Shown here: one piece after another, positions 50,403 to 62,849 of the stretch
How positions within the stretch are numbered: position 1 is the first letter of the stretch
Layout of the letters: every line of letters starts with the position of its first letter
From: Leucoraja erinacea
Taxonomy: Eukaryota
DNA length: 64,000 nt
Assembly: GCF_028641065.1 (NCBI RefSeq)
Contig: NC_073382.1
Span: 39,494,001-39,558,000 of the forward strand
Reading direction: 5' to 3'
Made by a program: the position numbers and the translations under genes
Notes under the pieces: generated by a model
Databases searched by the model: none
Told to the model about the DNA's origin: nothing
Seen by the model: the letters and a program-made list of their open reading frames with translations, nothing else

Positions 50403-51459
50403 CTCCCTGGGTTATCACATATTCTCAAATAGCATATCACTCATCCTCATAAATAACTCCCAGTGCATGATGCTCATCCTGCACCTCTTTCTCCTCAGGC
50501 CCATTCTCAGACTGTCCTCGTGCCTCTCCCATTCCCACTCTTGCTTTAGTCTTTCTAGCAAGGGCTAAGCTCTTGACCTGTACTGGATGCAACAGGATGC
50601 AGTGTGTTGCAGCACCGTGGATCAGTGTAGACACCCTCCACTCAAGTTCTAATGATGCTATGGCTTTCCTTATAATTACCCTCTGTCAATTTATATCAAT
50701 TCCATAAGCTGTCGAAGGAGGGGTTAACCCTTATTGTCGCTAGGAAAATTCCTAATCTCAAAAGGTATCTGCCAATGGTGAATCTCTCAAAATGAAATAG
50801 ACAAAAGAGCTTTGGTGCGACACTGGGAAGGTGAGTGAGAAATGGGGAGGCAGTGCAGAGTGATTCCCAGCCAACTCGCCATGGTGGAAGATGTTGGCGA
50901 TTACGTGGGAGAAGGAGGAGGGAGGGATGGCGGAGTGGACAAAGCGACGGTCGACTGCGTCAGTGGTCGCTCCAGCACTGCAAGAAGGGTGTGAGCCCCA
51001 GTGCGACTGAGCGCTTCCTGTCAATGGTGACAGCCACTAAGTAGCGGAGCAGCATTTCACTGGCCGCCCTGAAGAAAGCACTGTCAGCCAGCGAGATGCC
51101 ACGCTACAGTTTGGAGGTCAGCAAACTGTTTTGCATTTTTTTCAAAAATTGGCCCTGATAAGAATATTAGCTTGCCCCATGATCAGACCAGTTAAAATGT
51201 GATCTAAATTTGTCAAGAAAACTAAAGGCTGTAAAGAAAGCCTAATTATAACATACTATGCGCCGCTTGTTACCAATTTACACTTGTGCCGTATAACTCA
51301 AGGCGATTCTGACATGTAGAGGCAGAGAATTCCACAGACTCACACAGACTCTGTGTGAAAAAGTGGTTTCTCATCTCCGTTCTAAATGGCTTACCTCTTA
51401 TTCTTAAACTGTGGGCCCTGGTTCTGTACTCCCCCAACATTGGGAACATGTTTCCTGCA

Positions 51460-51721
51460 TCTACCTAAGAAGACTTGAGGCTGTAATCACTGCCAAAGGT
51501 GCCTCAACAAAGTACTGAGTAAGGGGACTGAATACTTATGTAAATGTGATATTTCAGTTATATCTTAATAACTTTGCAAAAATTTCTAAACACCTGTTTT
51601 CACTTTTTTATTATGTAGTGTGTAAATTGATGAAAAACCAATGAATCCATTTAAGAATAAGGCTGCAACGTAACAAAATGTGGAAAAAGTGAAGGGATCT
51701 GAATACTTACTGAATGCACTG
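51460..51721 (+). mobile_element. Tc1 right-end fragment, same family as 37827-39426
   Basis: PKRL/RRLEAVITAKGASTKY* followed by a TIR ending GAATGCACTG|TA. Confidence 0.9.
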
Positions 51722-51824
51722 TACCTAGGTCAGCTGGAAAATTGGGTGAAGTACTGGCAGATGTGAGTTACGCCAAAGAAGTGTGAGATAATGCACTTTG
51801 GGAAGTCAAATTCTGGTATACATA

Positions 51825-52222
51825 AATAGACAATAGATAATAGGTGCAGGAGTACGCAATTCGGCCCTTCAAGCCTGCACCGCCATTCAATGTGAACATG
51901 GCTGATCATCCACAATCAGTACCCAGTTCCTGCCTTCTCCCCATATCCCCTGACTCCGCTATTTTTAAGAGCCCTGTCTAGCTCTCTCTTGAAAGTATCC
52001 AGATAACCGGCCTCCACCGCCCTCTGAGGCAGAGAATTCCACAGACTCACACAGACTCTGTGTGAAAAAGTGGTTTCTCATCTCCGTTCTAAATGGCTTA
52101 CCTCTTATTCTTAAACTGTGGGCCCTGGTTCTGTACTCCCCCAACATTGGGAACATGTTTCCTGCATCTAGAGTGTCCAAACCCTTAATAATCTTATATG
52201 TTTTAATAAGATCCCCTCTCAT
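51825..52222 (-). mobile_element. CR1 3' fragment
   Basis: RGDLIKTYKIIKG..TRAHSLRIRG; (CTATTGT)n-like tail. Confidence 0.9.
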
Positions 52223-52392
52223 TTCAAACCCTTAATAATCTTATATGTTTTAATAAGATCCCCTCTCTAGTCATGGAGTGTAGGAGTGTTGATGTACAGA
52301 GAAACCTTGGAGTGTAAATCCATAGGCATCACTGTCGGCTTGAACAAGGTGGGTCATTAGGGTCTGTTTCTATGCTGCACATTTGTATAATA

Positions 52393-54555
52393 CTATCTAT
52401 ATTACTAAAAGCCTGATCTTGACCACTTCCTGTTCTGTATATTGATTTTAGAAAAATACGCTAGCACTTAGGGCTGTGATTTTTTGGCCATCTTACTCAG
52501 TCCCACTCGGCTGCGCAGGACAAGAGGATTTTTTCCATTGATGAAAAATAAAAGAGTTATTAGTGTTTAAAATATGTTGAGATTCTCTCTCCTGAATGCC
52601 ATGTCTCCGGAGGGACTATAAAACCCGGAAGTGTTGAGTGCCACAGTCAGTCTCTGCAAGATGGGGAAGTGAGAGGTTCATGTCTCTCAGTCTGAGCTGT
52701 GAATAACACTGAACACATGTTTATTAAACTGTGAGTGGTTTTACTGACCTGTCAGTGCCCTTAATGTGGTTTGAAAATATAGTTTGGAAATGCTAAAGCT
52801 GTGTTGTCAATGATTTGGAAATGCTAAAGCTGAGTTGCCTTTGGTTTGGAAATGCTAAAGCTGTGTTGCCTTTGGTTTGGAAATGCTAAAGCTGTGTTGC
52901 ATTTGGTTTGGAAATGCTAAAGCTGTGTTGCCTTTGGTTTGGAAATTCTAAAGCTATGTTGCCTTTGGTTTGGAAATGCTAAAGCTGTGTTGCCTAATTA
53001 AAGTTGCCTTGCCTAATTAAAGTTGCCTTGCCCAATTAAAGTTGCCTTGCCTTCTATATAATTAAAAGTCTAATCTTGACCACTTCCTGCTTGCGCTTTA
53101 TATTGATTTTAGAAATGAACGCTATCATGTACGGCTGTGATTTTTACCATCTTACTCAGAGTTTCCCTCCGCTCATCAGGTGCCAAGGATTTTTCCCATT
53201 GATGAAAAATAAAAGGGTTATTAGTGTTTCAAAAATGTTGAGATTCTCTCTCCTGTCAATCACGCCATGAAGGCCACACTCCTTCTGGTGGGAGGGGGGA
53301 CGGACTATAAAACCCGGAAGTGTGGGTGTGGCTCGGTCTCTGCAAGATGGAGGAGGAAGAGGTCACGACTCACTGTCTTTATTGGTCTTGCACCCTGCTT
53401 GAAATGGTATGTAACTGCACTTGAGTTTGGTGGCCTTGCACCCTGCTTGGTGGTAAGAAACTGCACTTGAATGTGGTGGCCTTGCACCCTGCTTGAAATG
53501 GAATTTCAAGGAATAGCCATGAGTCAACTGCCAGCCCACCAGCCGTGAGTGAGTGAGCTGCCAGCACAACAGGCTTGAATGACTAAGAATGACTAGCCCT
53601 CTGGAAACCAGTGCCTTCAGCCCACAACACCCATACTAGCACTCCAGAAAGCCCTTGGTGGAGAGGTGGAATATTGCGTTGGGGGACCACCCGCCCGTGT
53701 GATGCTGGGACCCACCGGGTCCCAATTAGTCAAGTTTTCATATAGATTTCCATTTGACAGTCTACAATGTTCCAGACAAGACATTTAACCATAATAAAAG
53801 TTGGTGAAATTTGAGGCAACCCTTGAGATAGTGAATTGGTCTTTATATTGATTTTAGAAAAAAACGCTCCTATGTACGGCTGTGATTTTTAGCCATCTTA
53901 CTCAGTCCCCCTCCGCTCATCAGGTGCCGAGGATTTTTCCCATCGATGAAAAATAAAAGAGTTATTAGTGTTTAAAAAATGTTAAGATTCTCTCTCCTGT
54001 CAATCACGCCAGGAAGGCCACGCCCCTTCTGGTGGGAGGGGGAGGGACTATAAAACCCAGAAGTATGGCAAGATGGAGGAAGGGGAGGTCACGACTCGCT
54101 GTCTTTAGTGGCCTTGCATTCTGCTTGAAATGGTATGAAACTGCGTTTGAATTTGGTGGCCTTGCACCCTGCTTGAAGTGATAAGAAACTGCACTTGAAT
54201 TTGGTGGCCTTGCACCCTGCTTGAAATGGAATTTCAAGGAATAGACATAAGTCAACTGCCAGCCCACCAGCCGTGAGTGAGTGAGCTGCCATCACAACAG
54301 GCTTGAGTGACTAAGCTGCCAGCACAACAGGCTTGAGTGCCAGAGCCACCAGCCCAAGAATCCATTCAGCCCACAATGTCCATACTAGCCCTCTGGAAAC
54401 CAGTACCTTCAGCCCACAACACCCATACTAGGGCTCCAGAAAGCCCCCACCCCCACTGGCCACCAATATTGGAATTGGTGGAGAGGTGGAATATTGTGTT
54501 GGGGGACCAGCCCGCCCGTGTGATACTGGGATTCAATGGGTCCCTATTTGTCTAG
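52393..54555 (+). mobile_element. Composite non-autonomous Helitron (two 5' ends, two 3' ends)
   Basis: 5' TCTATATTACTAAAA (52396) and again TCTATATAATTAAAA (53053); hairpin TGGGACCC-ACC-GGGTCCCA + CAAG|T (53706-53734); degenerate hairpin + CTAG|T (54527-54555); no TSD. Confidence 0.85.
52786..53051 (+). repeat. 31-bp (GGAAATGCTAAAGCTGTGTTGCCTTTGGTTT) x about 7, then 19-bp (GCCTAATTAAAGTTGCCTT) x3 minisatellites
   Basis: Tandem units read directly. Confidence 0.95.
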
Positions 54556-54937
54556 TGATATACTAAGGATACTGAAACCAACCACTCAGCATAGGATATC
54601 CTGAGCTTTGAGGCACTGTACCACACAGGGAAACATGATAGCTAAATGGCAATGTTAATCAGACTACATCAAAATCACAAATAAAGATTAAGGAGTAAAG
54701 TCAGTTAACATATAGTCATGGTCACATTTGTTAAACAATATTTCGAGAGTTTGATTATCCAGAGCGATTCCTCAATACAGGGTTTTAAAAAGGTTGTTTG
54801 GATTTTCAACAAGGTGTTTGAACATTCAGAATTGGTCTTCACAATAAAGATGTGCTCCTAGTTCAAATATGCAGTTACTGTACGTGGAACAGTCTGTCCA
54901 CAACCAAAAATATTGAAGTAAACTATGCAATTGCAAC

Positions 54938-55075
54938 GAAGACAGACACAGAAAGCTGGAGTAGCTCAGCAGGTCGGGCTTCTCTGGAGAAAAGGAATAG
55001 GTGATGTTTTGTGTCGGGACCCTTCTTCATACACTTGCATCCACTTCACCAGCATCTGCAGTTCCTCTCTACACA
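54938..55075 (-). repeat. Penelope-terminal repeat fragment
   Basis: GCTGGAGTAGCTCAGC..CTCTGGAGAAAAGGAATAGGTGA..GACCCTTCTTCA. Confidence 0.65.
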
Positions 55076-55559
55076 TTTTTGTATGTAATTTCAACCATTG
55101 AAATCATATTCAATCACTTGCTGTTGACTTTATGCTCAAGAGTATAAAGAAACTCGATGTACTTTGATTTCTGATAAATCCAACCACAAAATTCTCCCAC
55201 CAGCACTCCCTGGGTGTCTGCTTGTTGTGCTAACACCTTGTGAGGGATGTTATGTTTCCAGCTCCAGACTCTGTGTGACTCATTCAAAGTCTCAACACTT
55301 CCCAGGTACTGAAATGGTAGCTGACCTCAATTGTATGTACAGAGTAATTTGAAGTTTGAAATTTCAGCAGCAGCCTGAAGAGCCTTGGCCTTTCAGTGTG
55401 AGTGGCTCTCTGAATGGTGCTTTTAGAGATCAAGCAAAAGTAATGGAGACCTGCCAGTTTGTGAGTAGCAAACAGCTGTACTGCAATTTCCCCAATTGGC
55501 ATTTCACGAGGATTGACAGTTTTGGTTAATTGGCTGACGCACAAAACTTTTAAAATCTT

Positions 55560-56266
55560 TCCCCTGCATGGAGAACCCGACCTTTTCCCTGTCGTGTCTC
55601 CGTTGTCATTGGGGCTGCAACGTGGAGCGGCCTCCGGCAAGAACGACCTAGGGCTCTAGTCGCGGAGCTGCGGACCTACTCACCATCGTGGAGCTGGCGG
55701 AGTTCGGAGCGGGTGGAACGGTGGTGGCACGCTGCTGCGACCCGACCCCGGGGATTCGGAGGCTTACCGCAGGTGGACAGTGACTCCGGGAGCCCGTGGG
55801 TCCCTGCTGGGAGACTGCTTTTCGAGGCTTCCGCAACGGCGACTTCTCCCGCCCGAGTCGCGGGGTCGAGGAGTACCTGGAGCGGGGCCTTACATCACCT
55901 CCCGGCGCAGCTTCAACGGCTGCGGGACTTTGCTAGTGCCTGCCGGGGGCTCCAACAACAAGACCCAGAGTAGGGCCTTGCATCACCCGGCGTGGCGTTA
56001 ATGGCCGCGGGACAATTGCCATCGCCCGCCGGGTGCTTTGACTCTAACATCGGGAGGGGAATGGGGAGTGCAGGGGAGAGATAAGTTTTTTTGCCTTCCA
56101 TCACAGCGAGGAGGAGATGCGCTGTGATGGATGTCTGTGTAAATTGTGTTGTGTCTTGGGTCTTTTTTTCTTGTGTGTATGACTGCAGAAACAACATTTC
56201 ATTTGAGCCTCTATGAGGTTCAAGTGACAAATAAATTGTATTGTGTATTGTGTATTGTGTATTGTA
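55560..56266 (+). mobile_element. CpG-rich non-autonomous retroposon with a Rex1-like tail
   Basis: Ends GTGACAAATAAA(TTGTA/TTGTG)n; partial similarity to 26909-27698. Confidence 0.55.
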
Positions 56267-59166
56267 TGCAATCCAGAAATGCTGCCAATCTCAAAACAAA
56301 AACAAAATGTTTGAAATGCTCAGCATCCATTCTGACAAATGGTCTTTGACTGAAATGGGAATTTTTTCCCTGTCCACAGATTTGTCTGACTTGCTGAGTG
56401 TTTCCTGGATTTATTTTTTTCAGTTTTCCATTTTTTGCAGTTTATTTTTGTTTCCATCATTTCAACTCAGTTCTTTCTGGATTAAACTCATTTTCAGATG
56501 CAGAAAAAACCCCACAACTGCGCAATCTAATTTCTGGGCAACAGAATTAATTCAAGTGCCATTATTATGGTGTGCTATCTTAGCTCAGATGTAGTGGATC
56601 ATCAAATCAGTGCCGCAGTAACAACTATTTGATTATTGCACAATTTGCATGTTATCTTTTTTCCAAGGCCTGGCATAGAGGCTCAGTGTGCCTGCAGGCC
56701 AAACAATGTGGAGGGTAGTGGCAGGTGAGTTTGTGATTATGAATAGTGTGTACTACTGTTGGTGGTGGTGATCAGACTCTGGTTGATCATTATTGGTGGA
56801 AAGTAGAAGTGAGTGTAAATTGAAAGCTAACCAGCTGACAGACTATTGTGTGGAGAAAAATGAGGAAATTGAGGTTGGGCTTGAGACAATCAGGGATGGC
56901 TGAGTTATGGTACAGCCTGGAGATCTGAGGACCTTAACTCTCTCTGTCCACCACTGCACTTGGATACCCATGAAGTAATGGAGATGTCCAATGATGGATG
57001 TCCCCAGGTCAAAAGTGGCACAGCACAGGGAGAGATATCATCACTTGTCACTCTGACATCGATAGCACATCAGCATAGCCAGCGTGAATAATGACAGGAA
57101 GTGCCCAACAAATTTTAGCGATGCAAAATGACCTACAAATGGTCAATATTGTGTTTCACTCCAGTGGAAAATTAAATGTTTCTGCATGTCATAATGCAAA
57201 CATAACATACAATTTAACTTCCATGTTTTACATTTCTGTCAGGTACTTGTTGTTGATGAAAGCAATGATAGAAGTTTGAAGTTGGAATTGAGAGATTTAT
57301 TAACTTATCTCTTGCAAAGAAGAAAATGTTATGAACAATTCATGGAATGATATCAATACTTAGGTAAAGAGCAGAGTAAGGAAGTAATCAGAAAGGGTTC
57401 ATTCTTTTCATGATTACATAATTAATAATGGTCGCCGTGTCAATGTAAAAGTAGATTTTATTAATTAAGGCTATAAGTACGGCTGAATTTTTTTAACAGG
57501 TTTTCAGGCCAAAGACCTATGATCACTTGGCGATCATATTTTGAATTTGGGTTTGAGGTAAGTGTAACCCAGTTGACATCTCTATTTTTATAAAACTATG
57601 CCGTTTTAAAAATCTAAAACATCGGGGTTTTTTAAAAATTATGCACTTTTAAAAGTAAACAAAACCCTGTACATTGATTCTGCCTTGATTTACTGATAGG
57701 TGACAGGAATGTTACTGCAAAAATGTATGTCCTGATAATGACTGGAGCTTTGAAAGAAGCTAAAATGAACGTTGGTGATCAAAGTATTGGTATACAGGTG
57801 TTATTTGTTGGCAGTAAAAATAATTATTTGTCATTTTTGTTAGGAGGATGATCAGGTGGCACATAGTTATTTTTTTATCTAATGGTAAGTAAATAAGTAT
57901 GATGTTGCTGTGTAAGATTTTTGATGATGCATTTTATTGTGTGTTTGTGTGCAACTTTCAGTTCTGTGAGCGCTGGGGTGACTTATGAAGCCAAACCGGA
58001 TTGGGTAGTGGAGATAAAAGAGCAGACAGACGAGTTTGAGTCTATATTTGCAAAGACAAATTTTCAAATACTGAATTTCATATTGAAGTTCTGCCAGTAA
58101 GGTGGAATTCGAATTCCTGTGTATAGAACTTCGGAGTTGGTGCATGTCCGTGATCGATTCTGAATAGCGGCTGATCAACAGTGAATAGTAACCCTCTGGT
58201 CGATTGTTGACTAGTAACTGATAGCGAAGAGTACCTGAGAGGTGGGAACCTGATTTACTTGATGAAAAGTAATCCGAATAGTGAAGGGTATCCCTAATTC
58301 AGTCGAACTTAGAGAGGAGGGATAGAGGTCCCCCTATTGAAGTCCAGTCTTAACGAAGGGATAATAACATTCGGGAAGAAAAGTAGTCATTTCAGGAGTA
58401 GTACTCTTCAGCAAAGAGTAAACTAGGACGAGGAAAACATTCGGTATCAGAGGGAGAGGTTCACTGCATGTTAATAGTGTGACGCAGCATTGAGATCAAG
58501 TGTTAATGAACTGTGCGCTAGTGCTTTAAATCATTTTGTAAATTGTAAAAATATAGCTCTTCGTATTGTCATAGGTTCCGGATTTTGTAAACATTCTGTG
58601 TTTGTAAATAAACTTAGAGTATATTAAGAATTAAAAGTTAAAATTTAGATTGTGTTAAGTCCGCGGACCGTCATTTGTGTTGCTGCATGTTTGCGAGTGT
58701 TTACGGATTTAGAAACTTGAAGTAAGAGGCGGTGTGAGTTAAATATTTGTATTTGTTCATGATTGTATTGTAAGAGTCTGAATCGGGGTGGTTCGATCAG
58801 GGGTTGAACTCCTTCGAATGCTGCGTCATGGGAGGAGACATCCCGCTGACCGATCATGCCATGAGAAGGATTTCTTGGAGTGCGTGATTTGTAATAAGTG
58901 AATGTTTTTGATTTATGCAGGAGTGTGGTTCGGTATACTTCTGATGTGGATTAATTTATTTTTTGTGTTCAATTATGCTCACGTGCTTAGAGCCCCTTTG
59001 CATGCATTCATATTAAGATCGCGGATAGGAGACGTGTGTGAGTTTGAGTCTATATTTGTTGTTTGTTGGATTTGAAAATTGTCTAAAACGACCGGTAATT
59101 TTAAAATTAGAAAGGGAAATTGTTAAGGGGTGCGAGTAGTTTAGAGTTGCTTCCTTATCCAACAGA

Positions 59167-60588
59167 ATGGGAAACCATGCAAATAAAGATATGACCACTG
59201 ACTCGGAATGTCTTCGACTAGAAATATGCAGTGAATTTCCAGAAAAAGCTGATCGATTCAGAATCCTTTCCAGATCGTTAAATAGAGTATTAGGGAACTA
59301 ATTATGGCCCCGAGGGTGCATAGGCACAAGAAAGGGATTAAAATACATTGAGCAGATTATATTGCAGTGCAGCGATAATACAGAGGCACAGAAATTAATT
59401 GAATTGTGGAGAAATTATTACGAGGAACAGAGAAAGCGAGTAGAGCAGAGGGAAGAATGGCAAGTTGGAGTGAAGCAACTCTAAAACGGGGGGTAGTATT
59501 AGAAGATACTGAAGCACTTGAACTTCCAGGCAGCCTAAGAGAAGAGCCTGAGAGTATTTAAGATAAAGGGAGAAGGAAATCTTTCACAGAAAGATTATCA
59601 TGAATAAGTCTTAAGCGCGAGGATCCGATGGTTGGTACTGGTTACGAAGGGGATGATAATGATTATTTAGAAGACTGGGAGAGTGTTAAAACTAGAAATT
59701 CAGGTCCACCACCTTATTCAACTTACGATCCCAATACCTCAAGTGCACATCGCGGAGTTCATAATAGGAATAGACAATCAAATTCCAGGGAACAAACTTC
59801 CTTAACCCCGACCGCTCCGTCCATTACGGACAGTCCTAGAGTTCACAGTACTAGAAGCCAAACTAGGAAAAATACTAAATTAATTAGGGAGAAAGAAGAG
59901 CATACCCCTAGACAAATTGAACAAGCAGTTAAGGAAGGAAGGAAGTCATTTAGAAAGTATTGTGAACTCCTGGTGAAGGGAAAGATACATCTGGGTGTGA
60001 GACCATAATTGAAGAGGCTGAGGTAGATCATAAAGTTAAACAAACAACCCTTAGACAGTTCCCTGTAAGGGAAATGCCTAATCCTTCTTTTGATCCAGCC
60101 AATGCATTGAGTGCAAATATTCTCTGTACAATTAGAGTTTATTCCCCATGGAAGCCTAACGAGATGATGGCTATTTTAAGTCAAATAACCGATGATAGAA
60201 AATCATCTGCTTCTTTTACAGATCTCTTAAGAACTACAATGCGCGTTTATCACGCTGATTCCCGGGATTTAGGGGCGGTGATCCAGCAAATAATTACACC
60301 AAGTGAGCATACCAGTTTCCTAACAAATTTAAGACATCTGTCGCATGAAGCTCTTGCAAATATGCAAATATGGAGCAAGGGAGGAAGCTGTTTTAACAGC
60401 TCTTACCAACACCCTTCAGAAACCAATCGATTTGGCCAGAATATTAGATGTAAGACCAAAAAGGGGAGAAGGAGCAGATGAGTTTTTAGAGCGATTTTTT
60501 GAATTATAAATGGATCAATCGGGTGACTTAAATTAAAGAAATGGAGTAAATTCCTCTCAATATTGTGGTGCCATCCTACTGAATTGTC

Positions 60589-60630
<42 letters not shown>

Positions 60631-61165
60631 CGTGGCAGAAGCCATTAAGACGAATAACATGGACTGGACAGAAAATAGTGCCAGTCAAATGGCCAGGGCT
60701 ATAAGATATCATTGGAAGGAAATAAAGAAGCAGGATAGCCTGCTTGCAGTAAAACCAAGAACTGAATATGTGATCAGCAAAGAAATTCCAAAATTCGACT
60801 CTGAATAATGGATCCCTAGAGTACCAGCAAACTATGGACTGGGAGAAGTTAGAGTTCCGGAATACCCAGAGCGATATTATAAGGAAGCATCTGCACTAGA
60901 GCCAGTCCTCCAAAGACCAGGGTTAAGGACAGGCCGGCCATCAGGAATGAGCCAGTGTTATCATTGCAGAGGGGTAGGTCACTGGAGTAGGGGATGCCCA
61001 AATAAAGAAAGGAATGACAGAGGGGGTCACGGAAAAAATCTCCAATATCAAAGAGAATGGAGGGATCAACTAGATCCTAGAGAGCACAGAGGGAAATGGC
61101 AGGAAAATCAGGAGCCAAGGGGACAAATCTCCTTTTCTCAGAATAACCCGTTTACTCGCCTATGA
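59167..61165 (+). pseudogene. gag: ERV gag, with stops and frameshifts
   Basis: MGN start (myristoylation), LWPRG, PPPY (59706) and PTAP (59808) late domains, YSPWKP, MHR-like KKGEGADEFLERF, single CCHC knuckle CYHCRGVGHWSRGC. Confidence 0.88.
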
Positions 61166-61480
61166 TTAGCAAACCTGGTAGTGACTGGATGCAAGTCTGA
61201 TGAGGAACATATGTTGCCTCTGCAGGTTGAAGGTAAAAGCTGCACATTTCTAGTGGACACAGGCACATCCATGTCATCTCTTCAATCAATTTATATTTTA
61301 CCAGAATCAAAAGAAGTTCAGAATCTGTCGGGTTTCAAGGACAAATTTGCCAGTATCCCATCTCTGAGCCAGTCGAATAGTATATGGAGGAAAGACAATC
61401 AAACATAGTTTTGTGATAACTACCGGATTAGATTGCAACCTGATGGCAAGACATTTTACTTTTGTGCTTTCCAACTAAAG
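61166..61480 (+). pseudogene. pro: ERV aspartic protease, in frame with gag after a TGA
   Basis: FLVDTGTSMS active site; CNLMAR (NLLGRD-like) C-terminal motif. Confidence 0.88.
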
Positions 61481-61499
61481 CATAACTAAAGCACAACTA

Positions 61500-62849
61500 A
61501 AAACTGCTAGAGTCAGTTATTAAAGATGGGATAGCAGCACATTGGAAAGTGGGGAAATCATTGGATAGAGTCAGCATGGATTTATGAAGGGTAAATCATG
61601 TCTGATGAATCTTATAGAATTCTTCAAGGATGTAACTAGTAGAGTGGATAAGGGAGAACTAGTGGATGTGTTATATCTGGACTTTCAGAAGGCTTTCGAC
61701 AAGGTCGCACATAAGAGATTAGTATACACACTTAAAGCACACGGTATTGGGGGTTCAGTATTGATGTGGATAGAGAACTGGCTGGCAGACAGGAAGCAAA
61801 GAGTCGGAGTAAACGGGTCCTTTTCAGAATGGCAGGCAGTGACTAGTGGGGTACCGCAAGGCTCAGTGCAGGGACCCCAGCTATTTACAATATATATTTA
61901 TGATTTGGACGAGGGAATTGAATGCAACATCTCCAAATTTGCGGATGACACGAAGCTGGGGGGCAGTGTTAGCTGTGAGGACGATGCTAGGAGGCTGCAA
62001 GGTGACTTGGATAGGATGGGTGAGTGGGAAAATGCATGGCAGATGCAGTATAATGTGGATACATGTGAGGTTATCCACTTTGGTGGCAGAAACAGGAAAG
62101 TAGACTATTATGGTAGCCAATTAGGAAAAGGGGAGATGCAACGAGACCTGGGTGTCATGGTACACCAGTCATTAAAAGTAGGCATGCAGGTGCAGCAGGC
62201 AGTGAAGAAAGCGAATGGTATGTTAGCATTCATAGCAATAGGATTTGAGTATAGGAGCAGGGAGTTTCTACTGCAGTTGTACAGGGTCTTGGTGAGACCA
62301 CACCAGGAGTATTGCATACAGTTTTGGTCTCCTAATCTGAGGAAAGACATTCTGGCCATAGAGGGAGTACAGACTAATTCCTGGGATGTCAGGGCTTTCA
62401 TATGAAGAAAGACTGGATAGACTCAGCTTGTACTCGCTAGAATTTAGAAGATTGAGGGGGGATCTTATAGAAACTTACTAAATTCTTAAGGGGTTGGACA
62501 GGCTAGATGCAGGAAAATTGTTCCCGATGTTGGGGAAGTCCAGAACAAGGGGTCACAGTTTAAGGATAAGGGGGAAATCCTTTAGGATCGAGATGAGAAA
62601 AACATTTTTCACACAGAGAGTGGTGAATTTCTGGAATTATCTGCTGCAGAAGGTGGTTGAGGCCAGTTCATTGGCTATATTTAAGAGGGAGATAGATGTG
62701 GCCCTTGCAGCTAAAGGTATCAGGGGGTATGGAAAGAAGGCAGGTACAGGGCACTGAGTTGGATGATCAGCCATGATCATATTGAATGTCGGTGCAGGCT
62801 CGAATGGCCGAATGGCCTACTCCTGCACCTATTTTGTATGTTTCTATGT
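61500..62849 (+). mobile_element. Young CR1 LINE inserted into the ERV pol
   Basis: 273-aa ORF with [20 protein letters not shown]; TTTCTATG tail; same subfamily as 32832-34162. Confidence 0.95.

Noticed and set aside
58138-58157. tRNA-Gly-like primer binding site TGGTGCATGTCCGTGATCGA
   Set aside because: Requires gaps and is not preceded by an LTR-ending CA; no LTR could be defined.
60589-60628. Poly-proline ORF
   Set aside because: A poly-C homopolymer expansion inside dead gag; its length is unreliable.
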